A stretch of 63,941 bases of DNA, the filler included, from Intoshia linei (lineage: Eukaryota > Animalia > Orthonectida): assembly GCA_001642005.1 (NCBI GenBank). It is 9 parts of 9 records of this genome, joined end to end, with 100 filler letters (N's around TTAATTAATTAA, not from the genome) between each part and the next. Parts side by side here need not be neighbours in the genome. Positions count along the whole stretch, not along the records: positions 1 to 5,967 come from LWCA01001723.1; positions 6,068 to 13,475 come from LWCA01001569.1; positions 13,576 to 22,575 come from LWCA01001450.1; 6 more parts are not named here. One strand, 5' to 3'. This document shows positions 1 to 14,205 of the stretch, one piece after another. Position 1 is the first letter of the stretch. Each line of letters opens with the position of its first letter. Under the pieces are notes generated by a model. That model saw only the letters and a list, made by a program, of their open reading frames with translations, made no database searches and was not told the origin of the DNA. The translations under genes and the position numbers were made by a program.

Positions 1-600
1 AATATGGACGGCACTGATAGGCAAAAGTTAATGGTTGTCGGTAAAAGTAGAAACCCTAGATGTTTCAAAGGTTATGATTTACCTGTGTATTATACTTCCT
101 CAAAATTAAGCTAGATTCAATAGAGATATAATATATTGGTTCTTCAATCATTTTGTGCCTGACTCCAGGACTCATTGTAACTCCATGGGATTGGATGACA
201 TTTGTAAAATCCTATTATTAATGGATCAATGTCCTGCCCATCCACATATGCAATTTTTATTTTCTGATAACGTGGCTATATGATACACTCCTTCAAATAC
301 AACCTCAAGAACAGGGTATAATTAAGTCGTTTAAATGTCGATACAATCAAAATTTCATCAAAACTCTTGTTTCATGGCGTATAACTGCAGTTATGAAAAA
401 TTATATTCTCAGAATGTGCCTTGATAATGCCTTTAAATCATGGCATGAGATTAACTACAGTGTATTTACGCAGACCTGGAGAAACATTCAGGGTATTGAT
501 AAAGTATCCAAATATGAAATTAATGAATGCAATAAGCAAGATCTTTTGGATTGTTTCAAAAAATTTATTAAATATTTATTTTAGAATCTTCACGAAGAAA
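1..600 (+). mobile_element. Tigger/pogo (DDE_1, CENP-B-like) transposase remnant
   Basis: Frame 1 reads NMDGTDRQKLMVVGKSRNPRCFKGYDLPVYY, then KILLLMDQCPAHP and GIIKSFKCRY, with stops and frameshifts. These are typical TIGD/Tigger DDE_1 motifs. Confidence 0.85.
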
Positions 601-1179
601 TATAATGAGGAAATTGGAAAATAAATATATAAATTTGTATATGTTAATACAGTAATACATCTTGTAAATATTTTATAATACGAAACTAAGGACCTCCCAA
701 TCGTATATTTCTTATAGTCAAAGTCTTTAAGTGTAGCTGTTTTATCAATGTTGAAAATATGATCTGTATAGCCACAATATTTATTTATAGAATTCGAAAA
801 TAAAAACAATCGGATGTAAATAACCCTTTGTGAAATGGTTTATAGCTCGTTTTTAATTTTTCTCTGAACATACTATCGCGCAGTAGTTGAAAACCCTGTC
901 TTACATTTTAGGGCAGAACATAAACTAGAATTTTTGAATCGATTAATTTTCGTGTGTTTCAAAATATACAATTTAAATTTCTGATTTATTACTGAAATTG
1001 ATAATTATTATCTACATTTTATTTATAAATTCATGAAATATTTTTGTTTTTTCTTAAATTAGCATCTTTTTTTTGCAAAATCTTATACTCTATAAATACT
1101 TTCAATAAGCACCCAACAAATATAAAACTATTTTTTATTGTGTGCTAGAATTTTTTAATTGCATTCTAGTGCGCCCAAT

Positions 1180-1744
1180 TGAACACACTGATCTAATGTA
1201 TATTATAAAATATGTCGATTACATTAATACGAGAATTCAGGTGGTAATAAGTTTTGTAATATAATAATCATAAGTTGAAAAAAGAATCGATTGTTTGCAA
1301 TTAAACTTGTGAAAGAGACCTCTAATTCTATTAAAAATGTATATAAATTATTGGAGCTTTATACAGATAGTGATATCTGTAATATTTATGAAACAGGGTT
1401 AAATTTGAACTAGCTTTAATAACCATAAGTTCGAAAAAATCTTAAGGTGGTAAAGTAACAAATTGAGATAATGAATCCTGATATTAATCTTTATCCTTAT
1501 CGAAATTTGAATATTTGTAGCGTAAATTATGTTTTTCGTTAAATAGAATGAATAAAATTTCTTTACAAAAGTATCATATTTAAATTAAATTCGTAAAAAT
1601 TATTCACTAACAATTGTTATATAACTTGCAAAATATAAATTGTATATTTTCAAGAAAATGTTTCTGTGTTACTATAGTGTACCAATGCACCGTTAGTAGA
1701 TAAAGACTAGTTTATTTTTATTTTCTACTAACGGTACTTGACTG
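1180..1744 (+). mobile_element. Second Tigger/pogo-like remnant with right TIR
   Basis: YTDSDICNIYETGLN at ~1360-1405 resembles the 'YNADETGL' motif. The segment ends in ctactaacggtacttgactg-TA, a CAGT-type TIR followed by TA. Confidence 0.55.
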
Positions 1745-2124
1745 TACTTTTAAAATTGCTAATTCCATCATCGAAAAATCGGTCATCCCTTACTGAAAAA
1801 AACTTGAAAAATTTAATGAAATTATCCTTGTCAAATTACACTCCTAATTTTAATAAACTAGTAAATGACACAAAAATACAACCATTTCATTAATGATTAA
1901 AAGTAAATATTTCAACAAATTATTAACTAATATAAATATTTTAGTAATGCAACGAAACATTTTGATTTTTTTAACTATGAAGTGTATTTAATTTATATAA
2001 TAAAATTTTATTATTTTTTAATTTATATTATAATGTCCTATTACATAGTACTTATTAAATTTTAGTATAGTAGATCACTAGTATTTGAAAAAATATAAAG
2101 TCGATCTCTAAAAAATCAAGTTGC

Positions 2125-4206
2125 TAGTCAGCCCTGATCTACAATATATAACTCATAAAAATACTTTAAATATTTTGGAAACGCAGTAATCTAGTTTATC
2201 TTTACTCAATTGAATCTGAGCATCGTGAGGATTTGAGACAGCCCAATACCGTAAAACATCAACACCGTATGAAGGGTTAAGGTGGATTTTCTAAAAACAA
2301 ATGTAACTAATAGTAAATGCCGAAATACTTCACCACCAACGATAATTTCTTCTGGGCAGATGGTATTGCCAATTGATTTGGACATTTTACTTTTATTTCC
2401 GTCGACTACAAAACCGTGAACGCAAATATTTCTATTAAAAATTTAAATTAAATTATAAAAATAGCAACCTAAATGGAATTTTATCTACCAGTGCAACATT
2501 TAAAAACATTGAAGTGAGAAACCAAGCTCCAATTTGATCTATACCTTCAATACACACATCAGAAGTGTTTCCATTTTTGACGATAAAATTAACCAATCCA
2601 CTATCAAACCAAATATCAAATACATCAGTTTCTTTCAGAGCACCTTCCAGACAGTTTTGAGATTGTTGTAAATGTAATTGAGTATATGACTTCCACCAAT
2701 TTTCAACACCTGTCATTTCAAAAAATTCAATTGTTTTGGATTGCAATTCTTTAGAAATTATTGGAATCCCGTTTTTATAAAACATGGGGATTGGAACTCC
2801 CCAAGCACGTTGTCTAGATATACACCAATAACTTTTAGACCTAATAGTAGCTTCCATTTGGTTTCTGTATACATTTGGAATGATACTCACTTGATCCAAC
2901 AAGTTAAAAACTTTTGGTTTTACTTTTTCAATGTCAAAAAACCATTGTTTGCAATTTCTAAATATAACAGGCTTATTAGTCCGCCAATCATAAGGGTATG
3001 AATGTTTATACGGTTCGATTTTGATTATATCATCTCCATACAATGTAATCAATTTATCGTCTAATTCTTGTGTTAATACTACTTCTCCCGTCAAACCACC
3101 ATTAGATTTTAGAATTTCACCTGACGTGCCTACAAAACAAGGATTTGGTTTTATATTTTTGTTAAAAAAAACTTGAAAATCTTCTATTCCATGATTAGGT
3201 GAAGCGTGAACCAATCCGGTTCCCTTTTCCAAAGTTACGTGTGTAGAATCTAAAAACGGTAGTATTTTGGAATCCAATTTATTAATATATCGAGAATGAA
3301 ATAATTTAGAACCATCAAATGTGTTGATTTTTTTACAAGAACCCACCAAAGTTTCTAAAGCATTAGAGAAACAATCACAAACTAGGAAAGTTTTACGCAG
3401 GCTACTCGATTCAAATAAGGAATATTTTATTTTTTCGTTAAACATAATTGCTTCATTGTTATGAAGTGTCCAAATTGTAGTGGTCCAAATAAGTGCGAAA
3501 ATTGGGTATTTTGATAAATAATTTAAATTGTCTGACGTGTCTAATTTGAAAGCCACGTAGGCACTATTACTGACGTGATTTTCATTGTAAATTAATTCAG
3601 AGTCTGATAATGCTGATTTGGATGTCGGAGACCAATGAACAGGCATGTTTTTCTGAGATACCAAATTTTTATTGATAAGTTTATAAAATGCTTTAATTTC
3701 TGAAATTCTATAGGGCTCAGACATGGTTAAATATTTTTCCTTGTAATCATGCAACATTCCCCAGTTTTGAATGGATGTTGATTGTAGCATGATTGAATCG
3801 TTTGCCAACTTTCTCGACTTTTCACGGACAAGGTATTCGTTATAATTGTCCAACTGTTGAATTACTTTATGCTCGATTGGCATACCGTGACAATCCCATC
3901 CTGGCTTATAATCCAAAGAATAACCACACAAGTATTTGAACCGCAATGTAACGTCTTTTAAAATTTTGTTTAATGCGTGGCCAATGTGAACCGGTCCATT
4001 TGCATAAGGTGGTCCATCCAATAAAGTAAATATTTTACGATTCTTTATCAATTTACTCCAAATATCATTAAAATTGCATACCTAGTTTATATTAATAATT
4101 GTATATACGTAAAAACCGATTCAATTTCCTTTTCCCTGACAATTGAAGTGTTTTTTATACCTAAAGAAAAAGTTGTTTTGGGTAATCTCACGGTATTTTT
4201 ATACAT
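2125..4206 (-). CDS. IARS2: Isoleucyl-tRNA synthetase, bacterial/mitochondrial type (multi-exon; C-terminal anticodon domain not seen)
   Basis: Exon 1 MYKNTVRLPKTTF, then a 35-nt GT-AG intron (4082-4116). Contains DGPPYANGPVHIGHALNK (HIGH), GWDCHGMPIE, WTTT/GTGLVH editing motifs, WCISRQRAWG, KMSKSIGN at ~2370-2390 and YGVDVLRYWA. Confidence 0.92.
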
Positions 4207-4360
4207 TGGCGACTATACTATTAGGAACGATATTATGTCAGATTAACCAATAAATTTTAATTTATTGTCAACAAATTATACATTTTATAGTTCTAGAATA
4301 ATTTACCAAATAAGATAATCTACATGAATCAGATACAGATGGTACAAATTTTTAACATCA

Positions 4361-4625
4361 ATCATTTTTATATTACAATCCTTTGCAATAATGGTAAAAT
4401 TCGCCTAAAATATTTATAAACTTTATAATAAAGTGAAGATTTAATTAATTATTTATAAACAATTGGTATTTTTAAGTATTTATTAAATTGATACTGAATA
4501 TATGTCATCACATTGAAAATGACAAAATATGTTTTTATAATTTTATTTTTTTTGGAATTTGTAATTTATGACAATTTTTAGGATTGGACTGTTTTTACTT
4601 TATTTTTAATATTATACACTAACTC
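4361..4625 (+). mobile_element. Helitron internal fragment
   Basis: Close match by eye to 35460-35810 and 41905-41990. Confidence 0.75.
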
Positions 4626-4830
4626 GTGCCCTTATTCAAACTAATAAAAGTAGCCCTATGGTAAACATGAAACTTTTTATTGCCAACAAGATGGTGTGAT
4701 TGAAATGTTTCAATTCTTAAAATGACCACCAATTTTTTGTATTTTAAAAATATCAAATTTTAAATGATAAATTCAAGAACATTAAGTTTATAAAAATAAA
4801 TTGTGATGACAACTAAGATGAATCATACGT

Positions 4831-5967
4831 TAGATTGGTCACAGGGCACCTTTACGATTAATTAAAAAATTAAAATTAAAATAAGAACTGTCGTTCCACT
4901 ACTTGGTCCATTCATTTCAAACATTACCATATTAAATATTAAAGACAAATATTAATGGTTAACCATTTATAATTAAGACTGAATAAGTCGTATTTAAAAT
5001 ACATAAATATCAAATAAATGTATGCAGATTTGTGCAGATTATCGACAGGTTATTAAAATTCATTAGTAGAATTAAAAAATTTACCTACCATAGAACAAGT
5101 TTTAAGTAGAATGCATGTGGTGCAACAAGTTAGCAATGGATATCAATTGTCCCAGATAATTCCAATTGTTGCCAGTGAGATATTTCAATCCTGGACTAAG
5201 CAGGATATACCCGTTCAAAATAATAGAGCCATTATAAAACGAATTGGTTCTGTACTTCAAAGAAAAAAATTGTATATAAAATGTAGGGATTGATTCGACG
5301 TGATACCATCAAAACCTGAATTCAAAACACCTCAGGATAGAGTCTACTACAATAATCCAAAAAAAGGTATTGGCTATTGTACTTCATCTATGGTTGAATA
5401 TCAAATACATCATTCAAAACGACCAAGAATTGCTAAAAATGAGATACAGGGAACATCGCAATATAGTGAAATTTTATTGGAAAATAATGCTAAGGAAGAA
5501 ATTTCACTTAATTCCCTTGATTTATTTACAGGGAGTGTTAAAAAGGATCGGATTTCTACATATCTGGCAGAAGAAATTTGTAAAAAGGGTAATTTATCAT
5601 TGTCTCAAACTATAACTGTTCTAGAGGTGATGTATAATACATTCGGAGACGAACGAATGAAACCGCCAACGAGCAGCGCGTTGAATAAGTCCATCATGAA
5701 AAAAGCAAAATTATATACAGTTCTACACTGTAGTTACTCACAAAAATAAATGATTAAAAATATAATACTTACTTTACCCTGGTATACCTTTTTTCATCTT
5801 TAATATGTAGTTGTAAATTATTTAACAGTGAGAATGCGGGTGTTTTACAATTTGATGGTAAAACATATTATAATTTATATGGTGAAAAAAGACACATTCT
5901 GGAAATTTGTTTTAATGAAAAATTGATTGGATTTGTTGAAATACCCAACAAAACGGCTTACACTATA
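4831..5967 (+). mobile_element. hATm-like DNA transposon 5' part (degenerate transposase), cut by gap
   Basis: LPTIEQVL...VASEIFQSWTKQDIPV...IIKRI N-terminal motif and GVLQFDGK at ~5840. Possible terminus TAGATTGGTC at 4831. The family name comes from recalled motifs. Confidence 0.6.
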
Positions 5968-6067
5968 NNNNNNNNNNNNNNNNNNNNNNNNNNNNNNNNN
6001 NNNNNNNNNNNTTAATTAATTAANNNNNNNNNNNNNNNNNNNNNNNNNNNNNNNNNNNNNNNNNNNN

Positions 6068-6804
6068 TATTTGAAAAATATTGGTTGATAATATATTAAA
6101 AATTATTTTTCACCGGGAATAAATAGATTTCTGGGGTTGAAATTTTGTATTTATATCAACTGGAATAAGTTCTATCAGAATAATCTTTTTTTTAATTTTT
6201 GTACCGTTAATTATTAAACATTTTATGTTTTAATAAAATATTTTGGAAAAAAAATATATGAATACTAAAATGCTTTTTTGACCGTGAAGTCGTCACTTAT
6301 CAGATTTAAAATTTTTATGTGTGTTAACATAATACAACTCTATCACCTGTAAGATTTTGGAAATTATAGGGCTGTGTTTAAAAAAAAAGAAGGATATTTG
6401 TAATTTTGTCTATAAAGGTATAATTTTTTTAAATTTAAATTTATGATAATGTTTATGATTTTAAAATCCGCATCAGCGTATATATTTTTTTAAATANAAA
6501 AAGGATATTTGTTGTTTTGTCTATAAAGGTATAATTTTTTTAAATTTAAATTTATGATAATGTTTATGATTTTAAAATCCGTATCAGCGTATATATTTTT
6601 TTAAATTCTCGAACTCGTTTGATTTTCAAAAAAAAGACAATTGGGATATATATTTTTTTAAATTCTCCAACTCGTTTGATTTTCAAAAAGAGGGACAATT
6701 TTTTAAATATTCCAACTCGTTTAAAAAGAGAGACAACGGGATATTTGACTCTTAAGATGTGAAATTGGGAGGTTGAAATTTATTTTATTATACGTCCCGG
6801 AAAA
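6068..6804 (-). mobile_element. Helitron fragment (5'-proximal/internal)
   Basis: 6400-6804 matches 62815-63003. 6068-6130 is the reverse complement of 14030-14095. Confidence 0.75.
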
Positions 6805-9539
6805 NNNNNNNNNNNNNNNNNNNNNCGTATTTTTCTAAATTTAGCCTAGTAATTTCGTTATTGTAATCGTAGTTAAAAAAGTGTGGAAACTCGTGTTGTA
6901 ACGTAAAAATACTGTTTATATATACTTATACATATTGTATTTATTTNNNATAAGTTAAAAAAATCATCGTATGTGTCTAAATTTAGCCTAGTAATTTCGT
7001 TATTGTAATCGTGGTTAAAAAAGTGTGGAAACTTGTGTTGTAACGTAAAAATACTGTTTATATATACTTATACATATTGTATTTATTTGGTTAAAAGTAA
7101 TAATTGAATTGTTAATATGCCAAGATCAAGTGAAATAATGTTCGCAAAATGTTAGTAAAATTATGAATAGAAACTTATAAGAATTCAAACCCGATACTTT
7201 ATTTATATAAAACTGAAAGTATGTGTGTTTGTGTTGTCTTTTAAATAAAAAATCAACACCACTAAAATTTTAACACACACAGACAAACAAAGCATATTAT
7301 ATAATTAAAAATCGGTAATTTTAATATTTAGCACACAATATAATAAGTAATGATTCAGATACTATTTTAATTATTGATTATAAATAATAATTTATAACTA
7401 TTAAAAATCATATAGATAATGCCAAACCCGTTGTAACCCTAGAGCCCTATATGGGGTGGGTTAAACAAAATTTATATAAAATGGGTCATAATTTTTCCAA
7501 ATTGAGCTTTAAAACAAATATATTATTGAATATCATTAACTATTTTGTGCGTTAAATTTGTAATATTAAGTCAACAGACTTGGAGAAGTGAGTAAGGCCT
7601 CTATGACACTATGCATTCTTTTCGAAACAATTTTATTTGGTTTATATTTTTATTTTTTGGAAATAATTATGTAAAATCGGCCCTTTTAAAAATGTCTAAG
7701 ATTTATAAATACAGTTCAAATGTAATAAAAGCTTGGTTGTAGAAAAATTGACAAATATATATTGTTGGATCAAAATTAAAATAAATTATTTATAATTATA
7801 ATATTTAGACCCATTAGAATGGTTAACTGATATTGGTACTATTTTAATTATTGATTATAACTATTAAAAACAATATACACAATGCCGAACCCATCGTAAT
7901 CTAAAGTTCCTATTGGCTATAAAAAGAGACTAAGGCCCACATGACCCTACACTAAAATGTTAACGTTTTGATTAAATTTTAGAAATTAAAAAAATCCAGG
8001 GTCGTACGGCATGAGAAATGAGTTGAAACTAACTTTTATGATTTTAGTTTTTTATATTATTGCAAAAACATCAGTTTTACTTTGAAAGTGACTTTATTTT
8101 GAGTATTCATTATTAAATTTATTATAATTTTTAAGATGATTAACGCTGTAATTTAATAATTAATTATCAATAAACTTAACTGACGCCCTTTCACGAATAT
8201 ATTGGACTTTGTGTATTCTACGTTCGGTCACTTCTTATATATATCGTTTATATCATAGAAAACTTATGTGAATTTTTTTTTCCAAAAATTTTTTGGTTAA
8301 GTTGCGCATGGCAAATAAAGATTTTTATAAAAATGATTGAAAAGTATCTTAATTTTTATTAATTAATTTATCAATATTTACAATAAATATAAGTTTGACT
8401 CGCAAATATTAGTATTTTATAATATTTTATTTCACAATGAGATATAAAAAAATGGCCATTAGAAATGATAAATTTATTAGACCCAAAAAATAAATTAAAT
8501 TTTTATAGTTTATCATGTAAAAATAAGTTTAATCAGGTTTTACCAATCACTATATATTATTAACACAAATACATAAAAGTTTTATAGACTTTCTAGTTTG
8601 ACAATTCGTAATGCATTTTAACGCATGTTAAAAAAATAAACTAAAATTAAAACTCGTAAAACAAAATAAAAGCTGTTAAATAATTTCAATTTCAAACTGC
8701 TGATTTAGGCTATCTACTTTCATCATTTTGTCTCGTTATTATTTTAAAGATCTAAATTTTAGAAACTAGAATTTAAATTATTTATTATAATGATTTATTA
8801 CTATAAATTTAGAAGGTAATATTTAAATTTTAATAATATTTTTTATGTTAGCGTACACTAAAGAGTAACTTTACTTAAATATTATTTTTACTGTTGAGCA
8901 GTTTATTTTTACAGCATTAAATATTAAGAATAATGACAACTATTTATTACAATAATAAATAAATGAATTGTTGAATCACTTAAGAGGTGTATATAATATA
9001 GCGTAAAATTATTAATTAAATAATTTATCAATAATAATTTAATAGCTATTTACAGACCCGTGCAAAAGTTTTAAACTTTTGCTAGTTTGAACCGTTTATT
9101 TTTCATTGGTATGCAAATAATTTTTATTATAGTTATAAGAATATTAGACACTACAGATGCCACAAATTAACATAGAAAAAATAAATTAATAATTAGTTTC
9201 GTAAAAATTTTATCTAATTAGATATTAATTTATTACCGGTTAGCCGTGAAAATAGGCGGAACCCTTGCATACCAACTTGATATCAAATTAAAAAATAAAA
9301 ACTATAGTAACAACGATAAAAATACATTAAATTTTAAGGTTATAAAATATATAATAACTAATTTGCTTAGGGTGGCTGAACTTTTTCAAAATTTAAGCTT
9401 AAAAAACTATATCACGAATCTAAAATGTATATTTCTCACCTTGTAGTATTTTGTATTTATACAAAAGTTAACACTCTAATGTATAATAGGGTGTTAACCT
9501 TATTAAATATTTAAAAGTATTTATTTTATATAAGATATT

Positions 9540-10000
9540 TCTTAAAATAAAAGATTCAACATTGAAATCATGTTTCTTACTGCTAATACTACATCGACTT
9601 TACAGCCATGCGACCAAAAAATAATTTGGTCATTTAAATGTATCAACCAACAAATTTTTATCCGAAATATCATTAACAAAAAAAATTGTTAATAAAAGAT
9701 ATACGAGGCATATCAATACTAGATGGCAATTTTTATTATGTAAAAGCCTAGAATAGAGTTAGTGTCACAACAAAAACAAATTGCTTTAGAAATACCAAAC
9801 TTTTCTTATAAACGGTTCAAATGATCTAATTGACCATATTACTATTGAAGAAACTATTTTAAAAAAACAATTAGTCTAATTAAAATCTTACAATTAAGAC
9901 TTTTTGGAATTATCTGAATTAAAAATTGCAGAGCAGAATAATTATAATTGTAAACAATTAGAAGAGTTAACAGTAGATGAAATCAAATGTTTAATTTTTA
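9540..10000 (+). mobile_element. Tigger/pogo transposase remnant
   Basis: IMFLTANTTSTLQPCDQKIIWSFKC is the DDE_1 motif. 9745-9970 is repeated at 12490-12720. Confidence 0.75.
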
Positions 10001-10469
10001 AACTTCTAGAATTAATTGTATTTTTAAAAAAAAGTTTAATTTTTATTTTTAAAACTTTTCGTCTCATTCTTTCTTAATTAAATGACTACAAACAGACATT
10101 TAGTTTTCTCTAAATAAAAATAATTATTAAATACAAAATAAAAAAATTTTTTGTTCATAAGGATTATATACACGTTATAATGTATGATAAAAAAACAATA
10201 ATATTAGCTGGTTATTATATCACATTATTACAATATATGTGCTTTTTTAAAATCCATAAAAATTATAATTTTAACTAGATAGTGATTTTAATTTTTTATT
10301 TTTATATAGACTGTTGTGGTTAAAAATATTGTTTGTTCCTCTGGATCAGGGATTATTAACCTTTTTAAATTTTTGCCTCCAATTAGTCAAGTCAATTATT
10401 TACAGTACCGCAACATAATATAAAAAATAAATTATCTAAAAATGTTTAATTTTAATTACACACTGAGTA

Positions 10470-10737
10470 CCGTATTTTCCGGAGTATAAGGCGCACCCTT
10501 TTACATGAAAAATTAGGAATACGCCAGTGCGCCTTATATGAGGATTTTGCAAAGGAAATTTTTTTCTAACTATATATTGTATTATTTAATTCTTAATTTT
10601 TAATAGAAACTCTTGTTTTTTTAAAACTTTTCTTAATAAAATTTTTCGCGAATTATACGCCAATGCGCCTTATATGTGAATTTTGTGTTGTAAATTATTT
10701 TTTATACAGAGTGAGCTTTATACTCCAAAAAATACGG
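10470..10737. mobile_element. pogo/Tc1-type MITE, 268 bp
   Basis: TIR CCGTATTTTCCGGAGTATAA ... TTATACTCCAAAAAATACGG with TA on both sides. Internal direct repeat tacgccaRtgcgccttatatg. Confidence 0.85.
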
Positions 10738-12234
10738 TAATATCTTTTTAAATTTATTAATATGACTTTATACATATGGTTACTTGTTTTTTATGACGAT
10801 AACGGTATTATTTATAATTCATATATTTTAGAAGGTAAAAAATAATAATTAATTCAGTGTTCACTAAGTACTCAACTATTTGTTCCAATTAATAAAAGTA
10901 CATATAATAATTTAATTTATTTTATACTATATATAGAATGTAATAAAAAATTAAAAATATATAGGATGATTTTGCATATCGCCAAATTTAAATACCACCA
11001 CTTTTTTTTAATTATATATCACAAAGCTATAAGAAAATTTCAATATATAACTACAAATCTAAAATATTTGATTTGTTTGTTGGAGCTAGGGTTGGGAATC
11101 AATAAAAAATTACTGGTAAATATTGTATTTGTTTAGAAATATTAAAAAAACTTATATTTTTAATATAAGTCAAATACTTACCTTCAACATTGTAAACGAC
11201 TAATATTCACAATTAATTATTAAAATACTCACGTGTCACTTTTATAAAAAATATTTGGAAGTATAACTAAAGTAATGAAAATAATTGTATTAGTAATTAT
11301 ATCATATACACTTGATTATTTTGATTTATTTTTTTCGGTGATGTGGAGATATAATTTTTAATATTATTAAATTATAATTTATAGCCCAAAATGTTTTTAA
11401 TGTATAAATAATAATTATAATGCAATAAAATTATAGTCCGCTAATCAAATTGAATCTGAAACCCGTCATCAATAACCAATACATAAAAATGACTTTAGTT
11501 TTGAAAAAACGATTTAACAATTTGAAAATGTGACGTTAATTATAAAAAAGTGACTTACGTTTTGAAAACATGACGTTAGTTATATAAAAACGACTTTATG
11601 TAGTGAAAATGTCTATAATTAAATATATGAATTTTTTTATTATACNCAATCGATTGTCCATCGATGTTGCCAATTGGCGTTATTGGCCTCATCATATTTT
11701 TAAAATTAATATATTTATAATCATTAAACTAAAATATTAGGGAGTAATATTTAAATATGATTTTAAATATAAATTATTTAATTTTATGACTCGGTAAACG
11801 TGTCTTATACTAAAAAATCTGACCCACAGATTCATGTGGAAAATATTATCGCAAACAAGTATCGGATTGATATTATATAATTGTATATATTACCACACAA
11901 ACAGTGTTCATTGAACTTAATGCATTGTATAATTTTATATGATGATTTATAAGCATGATTCCCATACTAATATCATGTATTATGTTTCATTAAACTATAT
12001 TTGACAGTATAAAAATTATAAGTAATAGTAATGATTATGAATATTTAAATAATAATTTAAGATAGTAAAGTTTAATTATTTTTTATTAATTACGTTTACA
12101 ATGTATACAAACAACATATTTTTTAGAGCTAATTGAAAATGATAGTAATTATTCTTTGATTCTATTTTTCTGCTTTTTTCAGCAAATTTTAAATATGTGT
12201 AGGCCAATATTTTAAATAAATTTATGTTATAATA

Positions 12235-12295
12235 CTAGTTGAGCTGGTTTGTACTTTGTACAAACAGCACCTAGCTCTGCCGAGGGCGATTATAT
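12235..12295 (-). mobile_element. Helitron 3' terminus
   Basis: Minus strand reads gccctcggcagagctaggtgctgTTTGTACaaaGTACAAAccagctcaaCTAG|T, i.e. a hairpin followed by CTAG. Confidence 0.8.
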
Positions 12296-12489
12296 TTAAT
12301 TTTACCATTAAAAATTAAATCTATTATGATTCAAATTACTTTAAAAAACCCATTAAAGTAAGGCTACAAAAATGTATTACCGTATATCATAATTTCATAT
12401 AATTCCACTGAAATTTTTCCTAAATGTATATTAGAATTAATACATTATGATAATTAATCAAAGTTGCCAACTGCGTTTATTCGGTGGAA

Positions 12490-12720
12490 GCTTGGAAAAG
12501 AGTTAGTGTCACAACAATCACTAATTTTTTTAAGAATACCAAAATTTTTCTATAAACGGTTCAAATGATTAATATGACGATATTACTTTTGAAAAAACTA
12601 TTTTAAAAAAACAATTAGTTTAACTAAAATCTTATAATTATGACGTTTTGGAATTAGATAAATTATAAATTGGGGAGCAGAATAATTATAATTGTAAAAA
12701 ATTAGAAAAGTTAACTGTTA
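12490..12720 (+). mobile_element. Tigger/pogo remnant (copy of 9745-9970)
   Basis: Dispersed direct repeat starting agagttagtgtcacaacaa. Confidence 0.65.
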
Positions 12721-14029
12721 AAAAAGGTTTTACTAGGAGTGTTTACTAAACTTGTGTCCCTATAAATGTATCATATCTTTATGTATAATAATAATTATAG
12801 AAAATTATGATACAGTTGTTTAGAGAAATTACCGGTCCTACACAGTAATTATTAAATAATAAATAAATAATTCTAGTAATTATTGATCTATTAATCATTT
12901 AATAATAGGAAGTAAGTGATTCTCTAAATGTATACAGAAAATTATTGGGAATATTAAATTTAAAATATATAACAAAAAAAAATTTAGGATTGTTAATTTT
13001 AGTCTATGAATGTGCATTATATGATGAATTAATGATATAAATTTTTTACACTCAATCAGACTCGCCAATTCAATATATCTAATTTACATTTTTAATTGTT
13101 GCATTAGCTAAGAAAAAAATATTTTGTATATAGATTAACTATAATGGCTTTATCAGAATAATATTTTTGTATATTTTACCACAATTAGTTACAATATTTT
13201 TATTTTTTATTTTAATTTTAATTGCTTTAAATTTTTTTTAATTTCAAATAATATCACATAATAGCAAGTACATTCTATAATTTTTTGGATTTACTTTGAT
13301 TCCATGCATTCATACATAACTAATGACTATAGCAGCTTTTATCCAAAATATTTGTCAAAGTGGACGTTTTTTATGTGCGATTCGATATACAATTTTAAAC
13401 TTAGTTTGTGTATAACAAAATATTTTTTTATAAGTTGATATTACAAAACTTCTTTACTAAAAGTTTATCAAAAAANNNNNNNNNNNNNNNNNNNNNNNNN
13501 NNNNNNNNNNNNNNNNNNNTTAATTAATTAANNNNNNNNNNNNNNNNNNNNNNNNNNNNNNNNNNNNNNNNNNNNTGAAGGAAAAATTCTAAATTTAAAA
13601 TTTTAAATAAATTTGCCAGCTGTTGCCACTTCGGTTAATAAAATTAAACATACTGAATATCGCTGAAATGGGGTATATAGGGATATAATATAATATAGGA
13701 TATAATGATAAGGAATAGAGTTAGAGATAAGAGATAATTATTTTTGATTAAATTCTAAAATCTTGTGGTTTTGCGACACGACATTAATTAATTTTAAACT
13801 AATTATTTTATTAATGTAATTAAAAAAACTAAAAATAGCTTTTTGAACACCAACAATTGATTATGCAGCCCGGTTAAGAACCACTGCTTTAAGCACTTAT
13901 TTGTATAATTTATATATATACAGTATATCAGTACATTACATATACATAAATATATCCGAAAATTAAAAAAAAAATATTATTTTAATAAAGCTTATTCCAA
14001 TTAATATAAATACCAAAGTTCAACCCGAT

Positions 14030-14205
14030 AAATCTACACATTCCCGATAAAAAATAATTTTTAATGTATTATCAACCAATATTTATCAATTATTTCAATT
14101 AAAATAAAAATTGAAAATGTAAATATTGATCCTACAATTTCCAAAAAAAATGTGCATTGAACGTCTACACATTTCTAATCAAAAAATATCAATAAAAATC
14201 ACATA
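14030..14205 (+). mobile_element. Helitron internal fragment leading directly into the satellite
   Basis: Matches the reverse complement of 6068-6130 and then 35241-35340 (aatgtaaatattgatcctacaattt...gtgcattga). Confidence 0.75.

Noticed and set aside
2453-4051. Long intron-free bacterial-like IleRS ORF as contamination or recent horizontal transfer
   Set aside because: It is flanked by spliceosomal introns on both sides, and mitochondrial IleRS is normally bacterial-type.
5968-6067. TTAATTAATTAA flanked by N runs (also at 13476, 22576, 31808, 35141, 41805, 57832 and 62715)
   Set aside because: Identical 100-nt artificial spacer with stops in all six frames. It is an assembly or concatenation linker, so adjacency across it is unproven.
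6383-7090. Direct duplications of ~115-140 bp (6383-6610, 6826-7090)
   Set aside because: Both straddle n characters and are likely scaffolding overlaps. The same applies to several near-identical repeats at n joins inside the satellite (16140, 17428, 21749).
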